A stretch of 64,000 nucleotides of DNA, from assembly GCA_963675525.2 (NCBI GenBank), contig CAXXSL010000011.1, forward strand, positions 448,001-512,000, in the 5' to 3' direction. Each line of letters begins with the position of its first letter. Within the stretch, counting starts at the first letter, position 1. Made by a program: the position numbers and the translations under genes. The DNA comes from Anaerohalosphaeraceae bacterium. Its GTDB lineage: Bacteria; Planctomycetota; Phycisphaerae; Sedimentisphaerales; Anaerohalosphaeraceae. Shown here one piece after another: positions 49,297 through 58,967 of this stretch. The notes beneath the pieces are model-generated. The model had not been told where the DNA came from, ran no database searches, and saw only the letters and a list, made by a program, of their open reading frames with translations.

Positions 49297-49842
49297 ATGG
49301 AAACTCGTTCCGACAATACGAATGATAAAAACAAGTTATTCATGGGACTTGCTCTGTCAAGCCAAAAAGAATTATATGTGTATGTATTAAGTCTTGTTAT
49401 TTCCACCTCTGACGCTGATGACATCCTGCAGGACGTCTTAGCTTTAATGTGGACTAAATTTAATGAGTTCAGACCCGGGACTGATTTTGTCGCATGGGGA
49501 AAAACAATAGCTCGTTATAAAGTGATGGATTTCCTGCGGAAAACGAAAGCTTCAAAGCTTCATTATGATTCTGATGTTCTTAAGCTGATCGAATCTAAGT
49601 CATCTCAATCACACAACTTGACAGACCATAAAAAAGCGATGCAGGACTGCCTCAAAAAGCTTTCCGAGAAATATATGGGCGTTTTAAGGATGCGATATGT
49701 AAACGATATGACGTTCAATCAAATGTCGCGAAAACTCGGAGTTTCCAAGCAGTCTGTCCATCGAGCTGTAAGCCGAATTCATGCACTTCTTGTTAAATGT
49801 GTCAACCGGGTTCTTTCGGAGGGCAGTGCATATGGAAAATAA
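49297..49842 (+). CDS. ECF RNA polymerase sigma factor (Rhodopirellula/Verrucomicrobium type)
   Basis: 'DADDILQDV...W.KF.EF.PGTDF.AW...IARY', 'CL.KL', 'LRMRY', 'SRI...L.KCV'. Confidence 0.92.
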   Translation: METRSDNTNDKNKLFMGLALSSQKELYVYVLSLVISTSDADDILQDVLALMWTKFNEFRPGTDFVAWGKTIARYKVMDFLRKTKASKLHYDSDVLKLIESKSSQSHNLTDHKKAMQDCLKKLSEKYMGVLRMRYVNDMTFNQMSRKLGVSKQSVHRAVSRIHALLVKCVNRVLSEGSAYGK

Positions 49843-51523
49843 TGATAAGCTGCTATTTGAAATCAGTGATCTGGTTGTAAAAACATTTGACAACTCAATT
49901 AGCGAGGAGAAATTTGAACGATTACAACATCTGTTGAAAATGGAACCGGCGGCTCTGGACTACTATTTCGATCTTCTTTTTACGTTTGCGTCTATCGATG
50001 AAATCAGGGTGGTAGACTCCAAAAACAACCAAATGGATTATGGCAATTTATTGTTAGAGCTAGGCGAATATGAATTAACAGCCCCCGAAATTGAAGTTCC
50101 TAAGGAAGAGGTAACAAAAGAATTGATTCAAAAAGTTGTCTATTCGCCGAGAGAGAAACGAGAAGTCAGCAAGTTAAATATTTTCTTACTGGCCTTGAGT
50201 ACCGCTGCTATGCTTTTCTTCATTCTGTATATCAAGTTTGTGCCGCCAAAAGCCAGTATTGAAGTTGCGACGATAACTGACAGCGTCAACGCAAACTGGT
50301 CCAGTGGCACTGGTTACATGGATAAGGGAACACGGTTAGCTACAAGCAGTGATGCATTATTTTTACAGGATGGTTTGACGGAATTATTATTTGATAATAA
50401 TGCGAAGGTTGTTATTGAAGGGCCTGCCGAATTTGAATTGCATGCTGATAATCAGATTAATTTACGATATGGACGAATCTATGCGACGGTTCCCCGTGAT
50501 GCAGTTGGATTTACAATCAATACCCCTACGTCTCGAATTATCGATTTGGGTACTGAGTTTGGTGTCCAGGCCAATGCACTCGGGGATGTGTATTTGCATG
50601 TCATCAAAGGCAAAACGACGTTACTCGCCGGCGACAATACAAACAGGGTTAAGTTAGAAGTCAGCGAGGGTCAGGCAAAAAAGGTGTCGGCTGTGACTTT
50701 AGCAGTTTCTGATGTCCCCTGTGACACAGAGCTTTTCGTACGTGATCTCAGTTCTGAACAGCAATATGCTCAGGGGGGAGAATTGGAGATTGATTTCGTG
50801 AATATCATTGCCGGCGACATAACGACAGGCAAAGATTCTCTGGTTTATAAGCAGGGTACCATCAATCGGAAGTTATGGACTTACTTCAGACCCGAAGACG
50901 ATCCCGTGTCTTTAGCCGTTGGTGAACAGCTCATTGTCACGATTGAATTCTCGCCGCTCGGCAATTTATATGATAATTCAGTTCGCGGTTTTCGTTTTGG
51001 TCTTTTCAATGATCCGACGAATAACCAGATATTAACATATACCGATAGAGATAGCGGCGGAAAAACCGATCCATGGACAGATGCAACGGGCTATGGTGTA
51101 CAAATGGCTCTAAGCAAGGGACCGAGAAAGTCAGCGACACCCAGCGTCGGTAAACGTACGGACTTAACATATACCAGTCTTATGGGAAGTGTCAATGCTT
51201 GGACATTCAGCGACGGCGGTGACCCGATTACCAATGTAATTGACACCCGTTATACCCTGACATTAACATTGGATCGTATCACGGAAAATCAAATGCAGGC
51301 AACTTTTACGATTGCTGATGCCGATGGTGTTATCTCTTCGCATACAATCCTCGATGATCCCCTTGGTACCGGTGAGTTTGGCTCTGGGCCAATCGCTACA
51401 GATTTCGATCAATTGTTTTTCAGATTCTCAAGTGCTGACAGTACGGCTGATAGTCTTGAGTTCCGTCGGTTTACAATTGAATATATCCAAAACGAAGCAA
51501 CACCAACCAGCGGGCTGGAATAA
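49832..51523 (+). CDS. FecR-domain anti-sigma factor with C-terminal extracytoplasmic domain
   Basis: Overlaps the sigma stop; TM helix; 'VVIEGPAEF', 'GF.I.TP...IIDLGTEFGV', 'LHVIKG'. Confidence 0.88.
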   Translation: MENNDKLLFEISDLVVKTFDNSISEEKFERLQHLLKMEPAALDYYFDLLFTFASIDEIRVVDSKNNQMDYGNLLLELGEYELTAPEIEVPKEEVTKELIQKVVYSPREKREVSKLNIFLLALSTAAMLFFILYIKFVPPKASIEVATITDSVNANWSSGTGYMDKGTRLATSSDALFLQDGLTELLFDNNAKVVIEGPAEFELHADNQINLRYGRIYATVPRDAVGFTINTPTSRIIDLGTEFGVQANALGDVYLHVIKGKTTLLAGDNTNRVKLEVSEGQAKKVSAVTLAVSDVPCDTELFVRDLSSEQQYAQGGELEIDFVNIIAGDITTGKDSLVYKQGTINRKLWTYFRPEDDPVSLAVGEQLIVTIEFSPLGNLYDNSVRGFRFGLFNDPTNNQILTYTDRDSGGKTDPWTDATGYGVQMALSKGPRKSATPSVGKRTDLTYTSLMGSVNAWTFSDGGDPITNVIDTRYTLTLTLDRITENQMQATFTIADADGVISSHTILDDPLGTGEFGSGPIATDFDQLFFRFSSADSTADSLEFRRFTIEYIQNEATPTSGLE

Positions 51524-51547
51524 ATCCGCAATGAAAGGAAATAAGTG

Positions 51548-52723
51548 ATGAAAAGAGTAACAGGATTGATCGCGGTTTTATGTTTATGTCTTACCTCAAA
51601 TGCCTTTGGGGCAGCAGACGGTTGGGCCAGTATGAACGGGGGCACGACAGGGGGTGCCGGTGGAACGGTTGTTACCGTAGACAATATGACAGACCTTGAA
51701 TATTACGCCGAACTGGGAACGACACCCTATATCATTCAAATCTCAGGTACTATTGCAATCGGTACGGGTGTTCTCGAAATAAGTGCTAATAAAACACTGA
51801 TAGGTATCGGTACAAATCCGACGCTCGTAGGAAATGTCGGCTTTAATAATCGTAACGGGAATATCATTATTGAAAACCTGAACATTACCAATCCTTATGC
51901 AGGAAGCTCATACGACGGCATCAGCTTAAAGCAGGATATATACAATGTTCTTGTTACCAAGTGTACTATCTATGATACCGGTGACGGCGCTTTCGATATC
52001 ACCAACAATTCAGACTATGTTACCGTATCATGGTGCAAATTCTACTACACCCCTTCTGCTCCGGATCCCGGCCATACCTTCTCATGTCTCGTCGGAAGCA
52101 GCGACAAACAAGACGATGACGCGGCGAATCTTCGCATCACGTATCACCACAACTGGTGGACAACCGGTGTCAAAGAAAGGATGCCCCGCGTCCGTTACGG
52201 CCAGGTACATGTCTATAACAATTATTACAGCGATCTTGTGGCCGGCGGTTATTGTGTTGGTGTTGGCTGCGGGGCTCGTATTCGTGTTGAGGACAACTAC
52301 TTCAATGCCGTACCCAATCCATGGGCAGACTATTATACTGGCATGAGCGACTGCTATACTGACGGACACATAGGCTGGAACACCGGTAATATATTTTACA
52401 ACTGCACACAACCGACCTGGGCGACGAATGAGTACGCCACCATCTTTATACCGCCGTATGCTTATACCCCCAACGATGCCGCAGATATACCGGCTATGGT
52501 TCCGGCTTACGCCGGTGCAGGGACTCCTTACCCGCCGCATTGGTTTTATACCGTGTACGGCGACTTCGACAGAGACGGCGATGTGGAGATGGATGACCTT
52601 GAGACATTTATTAGTTACTGGCTTGATACGAATGATATTGCCGATGCTGATTATTATGCGAACGGAAGGGTGGATATGGCCGAGTTGGCGCTGTTTGCAG
52701 AAAATTGGCTCAGCGGTTTATAG
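51548..52723 (+). CDS. Pectate lyase PL1 (classical type) + dockerin-like domain
   Basis: DGWASMNGGTTGG, DGAFDI...DYVTVSWC, ITYHHNWW, RMPRVRYGQVHVYNN; GDFDRDGDV..DDL..F...WL. Confidence 0.9.
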   Translation: MKRVTGLIAVLCLCLTSNAFGAADGWASMNGGTTGGAGGTVVTVDNMTDLEYYAELGTTPYIIQISGTIAIGTGVLEISANKTLIGIGTNPTLVGNVGFNNRNGNIIIENLNITNPYAGSSYDGISLKQDIYNVLVTKCTIYDTGDGAFDITNNSDYVTVSWCKFYYTPSAPDPGHTFSCLVGSSDKQDDDAANLRITYHHNWWTTGVKERMPRVRYGQVHVYNNYYSDLVAGGYCVGVGCGARIRVEDNYFNAVPNPWADYYTGMSDCYTDGHIGWNTGNIFYNCTQPTWATNEYATIFIPPYAYTPNDAADIPAMVPAYAGAGTPYPPHWFYTVYGDFDRDGDVEMDDLETFISYWLDTNDIADADYYANGRVDMAELALFAENWLSGL

Positions 52724-52782
52724 AAACGTGTTGAAACTTTTAGAAGAGGATGAAATCTTAACGATTGATTTGAGAGGGTAAC

Positions 52783-54714
52783 ATGATGAAATTCAGACAC
52801 TATGCAGCGGTTATTACTTTTGTATTAATGACGATTCTCTGGGGTTCTTCCCGTGTCTTTGCGGTTGACGGTTGGGCAACGGCAGGCAGCGGTACGACCG
52901 GCGGCGAAGGGGGAACGGTTGTTACCGTTGATAACGCTGCTGACTTAATTTATTACGTAGAGGACACGGACCAGGACCCGTATATCATTTATGTGGACGG
53001 TGTTATCGATCTGGGCGGTTCGAACATTCGTGTCCGCGGCAACAAGACCGTCATCGGCTTGCCGGGATCGCGCATCACCGGCAATTTGAAATGCTACAGA
53101 AGCGAAGAGAGTAACAACATCTTCAGGTATCTGAACATGGACAATAAGGCTAAGGCCGGCGACGGGGACTGCATCAGTCTTGACGGCGTCACGAATATCT
53201 GGATCGACCACTGCACATTTACCGACGCAGGCGACGGCGCTGTCGATATCAAAAACGGCGCCGATTATGTGACCGTTTCCTGGTGTAAGTTCCAGTACCC
53301 GACCGCTACCGAACACACGTTCTGCAATCTGGTCGGACATTCCGACAGCAATGGCGATACAGATATGGGACATCTGCGTGTCACCTTCCACCATAACTGG
53401 TATTCGACCCTGTGTCACGAGCGTATGCCTTCCGTCCGTTTCGGGAAAGCTCATGTCTATAACACTTATTTCGATTGCCCGGGCAATCGTTACTGCATCC
53501 GTACCCGCTTGTATGCAGAATGCCTTGTCGAAAACAATTATTTCAATGATGTTCAGAATCCCTGGGAACGATATGTCACAAGTGCAGGCGGCGACCCCGG
53601 CCTGCTTTATGCATCGGGCAATTTCTTCACCGATAATGTTACATGGTATGTGGGGTATGACAGTTCATCAGTCCTTATTGATGGCACCGACACTGTCTTT
53701 ACGCCGCCGTATGCCTATACGCTGGACAATGCATCCATGGTCCCCGGTATTGTTATGTGGGGAGCCGGTGTCGATGGAAAGGACGGTTACCCACCGCACT
53801 GGGCTTTCGGTCAATACGGCGATTTTGATTTGAGCGGCTTTGTGGATGCCAATGATCTTGAGATGTTTGCAGGCTACTGGCTGGAAACAACTGATATCGA
53901 TGATGCAGATTATTATGATAACGGCCGCGTGGATTTGAGCGAGTTTGCCCTGTTTGCCAATAATTACCGTTATACCCCACCTATCCCGCCGGACACAACG
54001 GCTCCGGAAGTACCGGCTGACCTGTGGGCGCTGGGCCAGAATGTTCAGGCTGTATTGGATTGGGCGGATAACAATACCGAAGAAGACTTTGCAGGCTACA
54101 ATATCTATCGTTCAACAACATCCGGCAGCGGGTATACGAAGCTCAATGAAACTCTGCTGACGACTTCAGATTATACAGATGATACCGCAGCGAACGGCAC
54201 AATGTATTATTATGTAGTGACATCGGTCGATACGAATGACAACGAATCGGAGTACTCGGTCGAAGCGTGCACCGTGCCGGATGCCGTATCAGATAATGTA
54301 ATCGTTCAGGAAAATGCCACCGGCTTATGCATGTCCGGCGACATACAGGGCATCGAGTCGGAATACAGCGGCTACACCGGCAGCGGTTATGCCAACACTT
54401 ACAATGCAACCGGCATGGGCGTTGATTACAGTCTTAACATCGCCACAGCCGGAACGTATACGTTCACATGGCGATTTGCAAATGGTTCAACCGATCGCCC
54501 TGCCAAGTTACTGATCAATGATGCTGAGGAAGTGGCCAGTATCAACTTCCCTGCAACCGGTGCCTGGAGCAATTGGGCCACAGTCTCGGCCCAGGTTGCA
54601 TTAACCGCCGGTACGAAGACTGTGCGGCTGGAAGCGACGACCAGCGGCGGCTGTGCGAATATTGATTATCTGCAAGTCGCAGGCCCGGGACCTGAGATCG
54701 CTACCTGTCCGTAA
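52783..54714 (+). CDS. Pectate lyase PL1 + dockerin-like + Fn3 + CBM35
   Basis: NIWIDHC, DGAVDIK, VTFHHN, RMPSVRFG; C-terminal 'GYTGSGYAN...WRFANG...FPATGAWSNW...NIDY'. Confidence 0.9.
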   Translation: MMKFRHYAAVITFVLMTILWGSSRVFAVDGWATAGSGTTGGEGGTVVTVDNAADLIYYVEDTDQDPYIIYVDGVIDLGGSNIRVRGNKTVIGLPGSRITGNLKCYRSEESNNIFRYLNMDNKAKAGDGDCISLDGVTNIWIDHCTFTDAGDGAVDIKNGADYVTVSWCKFQYPTATEHTFCNLVGHSDSNGDTDMGHLRVTFHHNWYSTLCHERMPSVRFGKAHVYNTYFDCPGNRYCIRTRLYAECLVENNYFNDVQNPWERYVTSAGGDPGLLYASGNFFTDNVTWYVGYDSSSVLIDGTDTVFTPPYAYTLDNASMVPGIVMWGAGVDGKDGYPPHWAFGQYGDFDLSGFVDANDLEMFAGYWLETTDIDDADYYDNGRVDLSEFALFANNYRYTPPIPPDTTAPEVPADLWALGQNVQAVLDWADNNTEEDFAGYNIYRSTTSGSGYTKLNETLLTTSDYTDDTAANGTMYYYVVTSVDTNDNESEYSVEACTVPDAVSDNVIVQENATGLCMSGDIQGIESEYSGYTGSGYANTYNATGMGVDYSLNIATAGTYTFTWRFANGSTDRPAKLLINDAEEVASINFPATGAWSNWATVSAQVALTAGTKTVRLEATTSGGCANIDYLQVAGPGPEIATCP

Positions 54715-54773
54715 ACGCATTAAAACTTTTAAGGCTTTAATAATATCAGGTGATTCTTTAAATGGGAGTTCTG

Positions 54774-57278
54774 ATGATGAGAGACAATCGTTCAGTCGCA
54801 TGGTTTACAATTGTTTTAATGTGCTTATTGTCAAGATTTGTCTTCGCGGTTCCGGTTGCCTTTCCCGGTGCAGAGGGCTCCGGCCGATATGCAACCGGCG
54901 GGCGAGGCGGAGACGTCTATGAAGTGACCAATCTGACCAACAGCGGTCCGGGTTCGATTGTTGACGCCGTCAGTGCGGGCAACCGGACCATTGTTTTTCG
55001 GGTCTCCGGTACGATAGAACTTGGTGATGTCCTGCTGCGGCCGAAATCAAATACGACGATTGCCGGTCAGACAGCTCCCGGTGAGGGAATTTGCCTTAAA
55101 GGCCGCATCTATATCGGTAGCGTCTCCGATGTGGTGATTCGCTATATCCGCGTTCGCGTCGATGAAGGTGGGGCGAATTCGAGTGGTGACGCGATCGATA
55201 TCGCAAGCGGCAACAATATCATCATTGACCACGTCAGCGCTTCTTATGCGCGAGATGAAGGTATCTCATGCCAGGATGGTTCAGATAATGTGACTGTGCA
55301 GTGGTGCATCATTAGCGAAGCCCTCAATTATGAGGACCACAGCTATGGTTCGCTGGTCCGCGGTGAATATGGAGAAGAAAAAACCTACCACCATAACTTA
55401 TACGCCCACAACAGAGGCCGAAACCCGCGGCCGGGGAACTACACAAGTATCAGTTCGGACCCTGAAGGACTGCATTTTGACTTCCGTAACAATGTCGTTT
55501 ACAACTGGATGGGAAGTACGGCCGGTTACAACGATGACGGTTCTACCGTCAGCCGGTATAATTTTATCGGCAATGCCTTTTTTACGGGTCCCGATTCCAC
55601 CGGCAGTATCGCCTTCCGCGAAAGCAGCGAAGTTTCCTATGGGTACTTTGCCGACAACTCCCTTAATGATGTCGTACCGGGTGACCCGTGGAGCTTAGTC
55701 AATCTAAATCTGTCTTCTTCAGAAATAACTGCCTACAAAGCCCGTTCCTCTATTCTCCCGATGGAACCGGTTACGACGACTTCCTCTGCCCAGGCTAAGA
55801 CAGACGTTCTTGGGGAGGCCGGGGCGAGTTTCCCCAGTCGTGATATCGTTGATACGCGTGTTATCAATGACGTACTCAACGGAACGGGGAGCATTATTGA
55901 CAACACAAGCGATCTGGCCGATCCCTGGCCAACACTTAGCTCACTACCGGCACCGACGGACACCGACCATGACGGAATGCCGGATGCATGGGAAACAGCC
56001 AATGGACTTAATTTGGGCAATGCCGCTGACCGAAATGATTACGATCTTCATCTTGACTATACCAACCTGGAAGTGTACCTGAACAGTTTGCTTGCCGGCG
56101 ATCTGGAAGCGCCGACAGCACCTGCCGGCCTTGCAGCGACGGCGGGGAATGCGACGGTTGCCCTTGATTGGGATGACAACGCTGAAGTTGATTTAGCAGG
56201 CTATAACATCTACCGCTCGACAATCTCAGGAACCGGCTATGCCAGACTCAACACAACAGCCGTAAGCAGTTCGGATTACATGGATGATACGGCCGACAAT
56301 GGCGTCACTTATTTCTATGTCGTTACGGCTGTGGATACATCGTACAACGAATCCGGTTTTTCCAATGAGGTGTTTGCCACACCGATCGATTTGAACTTTT
56401 ACCGCGATATCAATGACGACCAGTTCATTGATATGACCGACCTGGGCGCCTTCCTGCTTGTCTGGCTGCAGTCCGATTGTCTCATCACCTCCGGTTGGGA
56501 CATCAACGGGGATTGTGTCGTAAATTATGATGAATTTTCTATGCTGGCCGGCAACTGGACGGGGCCTGATACCACTCCTCCATCAGTTCCAACCGGCTTG
56601 TCGGCGACGGCGGGCAACAGCACGGTTTCACTGGACTGGAATGATAACAGCGAAAATGATCTAAACGGCTACAATGTCTATCGTTCAACAACTTCAGGCA
56701 GTGGTTACACGCTGTTAAACACATCGCTTTTAAGCAGTTCGGACTATATCGACACCGATGTCGCCAACGGCACGATCTATTACTATATTGTGAGCGCATT
56801 AGATATAGAGTCGAATGAGTCGGACGCTTCAAGTGAAGTCTCTGCGACACCCGATGTAATCACCAGTATTACAATACAGGAAAACGAGGTTGGTTTTTGC
56901 GGTGTCGATGGTACGGTCGACAGCGACAATACCGGGTATACGGGCGACGGATTTGCAAATACCGACAACGCCGTCGGCAATGGTGTCGATTACAGCGTCA
57001 ATATATTGACCGCTGGTACCTATACATTCGTGTTCCGATACGCGAGTACGTCCGACCGGCCTGCCGATTTGATCATCAACAGCATAACGGAAGCCTCCGG
57101 AATCAGTTTCGCGAGCACCGGCGCCTGGACAACGTGGGATACGACGGCGGCCGTTGAAGTGACGTTAACTGCCGGAATAAAAGATATACGCCTCGAAGCA
57201 ACAGGCAGTAGCGGCCTTGCCAATATTGATTATATGGAAGTAGCCGGCGTTAATCTTCAGGCGGAAAATTGCCCTTAA
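54774..57278 (+). CDS. Pectate lyase PL1 + Fn3 + dockerin-like + Fn3 + CBM35
   Basis: AFPGAEG, IIDHVSASYARDE, RNPRPG; two Fn3 domains; 'DINDDQFIDMTDL..W...DINGDCVVN'; CBM35 'GYTGDGFAN...TGAWTTW...ANIDY'. Confidence 0.9.
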   Translation: MMRDNRSVAWFTIVLMCLLSRFVFAVPVAFPGAEGSGRYATGGRGGDVYEVTNLTNSGPGSIVDAVSAGNRTIVFRVSGTIELGDVLLRPKSNTTIAGQTAPGEGICLKGRIYIGSVSDVVIRYIRVRVDEGGANSSGDAIDIASGNNIIIDHVSASYARDEGISCQDGSDNVTVQWCIISEALNYEDHSYGSLVRGEYGEEKTYHHNLYAHNRGRNPRPGNYTSISSDPEGLHFDFRNNVVYNWMGSTAGYNDDGSTVSRYNFIGNAFFTGPDSTGSIAFRESSEVSYGYFADNSLNDVVPGDPWSLVNLNLSSSEITAYKARSSILPMEPVTTTSSAQAKTDVLGEAGASFPSRDIVDTRVINDVLNGTGSIIDNTSDLADPWPTLSSLPAPTDTDHDGMPDAWETANGLNLGNAADRNDYDLHLDYTNLEVYLNSLLAGDLEAPTAPAGLAATAGNATVALDWDDNAEVDLAGYNIYRSTISGTGYARLNTTAVSSSDYMDDTADNGVTYFYVVTAVDTSYNESGFSNEVFATPIDLNFYRDINDDQFIDMTDLGAFLLVWLQSDCLITSGWDINGDCVVNYDEFSMLAGNWTGPDTTPPSVPTGLSATAGNSTVSLDWNDNSENDLNGYNVYRSTTSGSGYTLLNTSLLSSSDYIDTDVANGTIYYYIVSALDIESNESDASSEVSATPDVITSITIQENEVGFCGVDGTVDSDNTGYTGDGFANTDNAVGNGVDYSVNILTAGTYTFVFRYASTSDRPADLIINSITEASGISFASTGAWTTWDTTAAVEVTLTAGIKDIRLEATGSSGLANIDYMEVAGVNLQAENCP

Positions 57279-57421
57279 TATTGTCCAGATGATCTAAGGG
57301 CCTGACAAAACCCACGCCATTGGCGAGCTTTCACTCGGGCCGGTCTTGGACCTATTGTCACCAGTGCAACGGATGGCGCCGACGTCATCGATTGGGGAAA
57401 ATCAAGCTGGCTCAAAACCAC

Positions 57422-58954
57422 CTACGAATCGGAATCAGTAACAAAGATCGCCACTTTCTCTAACATTTTATCACCGTCATTAACCGTAAAAGACACTTCG
57501 GCAATACCGGTAAAATCGGTTTCGGGCTGGAATGTCAGGATACTTTCGCCGGATTTGATTTCCGCTCTACCGCCGGTGACTTTGTCGATTGTATAAACGG
57601 CATCGGGATTGAAACCGGAAGTATATTTTCGAAGATCTACATTGCATGCCACATTTTTCGTGCCCTGTGCATGAGGAACAGCCAGCCAGTTCAGGTAGTC
57701 TTCCAGGTTGGAATAGCCGTTGTTATCAATATCGCCGTTGTTGTCCGCTTGTTCGGCATCTAATCCTTCGATTGTCTTTTCCCACATATCTGGCATGCCG
57801 TCCTGATCGGCATCTTTGGGGGCAAATCCGCTTTGAATTTGGCCGGGGCCATTGATGGGGTTCTGGTTTTCATTGGATATCACTCTGCCGGCTTTTCCAA
57901 AACTGGTGAGTTCTTCGATCAGGAATTGGTCGACCTGGTCGCGTACAGGAAGCGAGGCCCCTGCCTGCGAAATGATCCGTTTGCAGGCTGTCTGCGGTTC
58001 ATCGATTGTTTGTATTACAGGGAAATCATGCTGTGTAGTTTGCCAGCTAACGGTGCCATAATCGGGGCGCTGAAGCACCTGCCCATCCAGAAGACCGTTT
58101 TTGTTTTCATCGAAAAAATTATTGTCGGCGTAAATGTGGAAGTTTTCATTCCCCCGAGTAAACGGCGAACGTGACGGGGTCTGGAAACCGGCGATGTAAT
58201 AATTACTCATCACGTTCGCCTGGGATTCGGCACTGGAATCGCCCAAGATGTAACCAGCGGCACGCCAGTTGTAGACGACATTATTGATGAACTGGTTAAC
58301 GCCCTTGACCTTTGGATTGCGGGTGTGGTTATCGATGTAAAGGGAGCGAAGGATGCTGATGCCACCCCAGTTCTGGATCAAGCCGCCGCAGGAGTGGGTG
58401 TCGAGACCTTGCGCAATAATGGCATTTTGGATGGTGAAAAAGCCGTCTTTTCCACTGATGGAAAAGGTTTCATCCCGTCCCCATGACACGGAAACATGGT
58501 CAAAGATCATGGGGCTGCCTTCGGCGATTGAGACGGCGTCTTTGCCCTTATCGCCGTCGATCCCCATGCGGAAACGCATGTACCGGACGATGGCATGGTC
58601 AGCACCGGAAAACGAAATACCATTGCCATAAACAACAACACCGTCGCCAGGTGCGGTCTGACCGGCAATGGTGATATGGTCGGCTACCGCGATTCGTTTT
58701 TTAATTGCAATAATGCCTGCGACATCAAATACAACGGTTCGATGGGATTGACTAACGGCGTCCCGAAACGAACCAGGGCCGGCGTCGTTTAGATTGGTAA
58801 CATGATAAACCGCCCCGCCGCGACCGCCCACGGCGTTTCGGCCGAAACCTTCGGCGCCGGGGAAAGCCGGGACTTCTGCATACACATTGGATAAACAGAG
58901 AAGACAAATAGTAATGAATACGCCAAAAAAATATTTATAATTCGTGCAACTCAT
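57422..58954 (-). CDS. Pectate lyase PL1 + cadherin/Ig-like C-terminal domain (no dockerin-like domain)
   Basis: AFPGAEGFG, DHVSVSWGRDE, HSCGGL, TRNPKVKG, DADQDGMPD. Confidence 0.88.
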   Translation of the reverse strand: MSCTNYKYFFGVFITICLLCLSNVYAEVPAFPGAEGFGRNAVGGRGGAVYHVTNLNDAGPGSFRDAVSQSHRTVVFDVAGIIAIKKRIAVADHITIAGQTAPGDGVVVYGNGISFSGADHAIVRYMRFRMGIDGDKGKDAVSIAEGSPMIFDHVSVSWGRDETFSISGKDGFFTIQNAIIAQGLDTHSCGGLIQNWGGISILRSLYIDNHTRNPKVKGVNQFINNVVYNWRAAGYILGDSSAESQANVMSNYYIAGFQTPSRSPFTRGNENFHIYADNNFFDENKNGLLDGQVLQRPDYGTVSWQTTQHDFPVIQTIDEPQTACKRIISQAGASLPVRDQVDQFLIEELTSFGKAGRVISNENQNPINGPGQIQSGFAPKDADQDGMPDMWEKTIEGLDAEQADNNGDIDNNGYSNLEDYLNWLAVPHAQGTKNVACNVDLRKYTSGFNPDAVYTIDKVTGGRAEIKSGESILTFQPETDFTGIAEVSFTVNDGDKMLEKVAIFVTDSDS

Positions 58955-58967
58955 TTTATCTGTTCCT

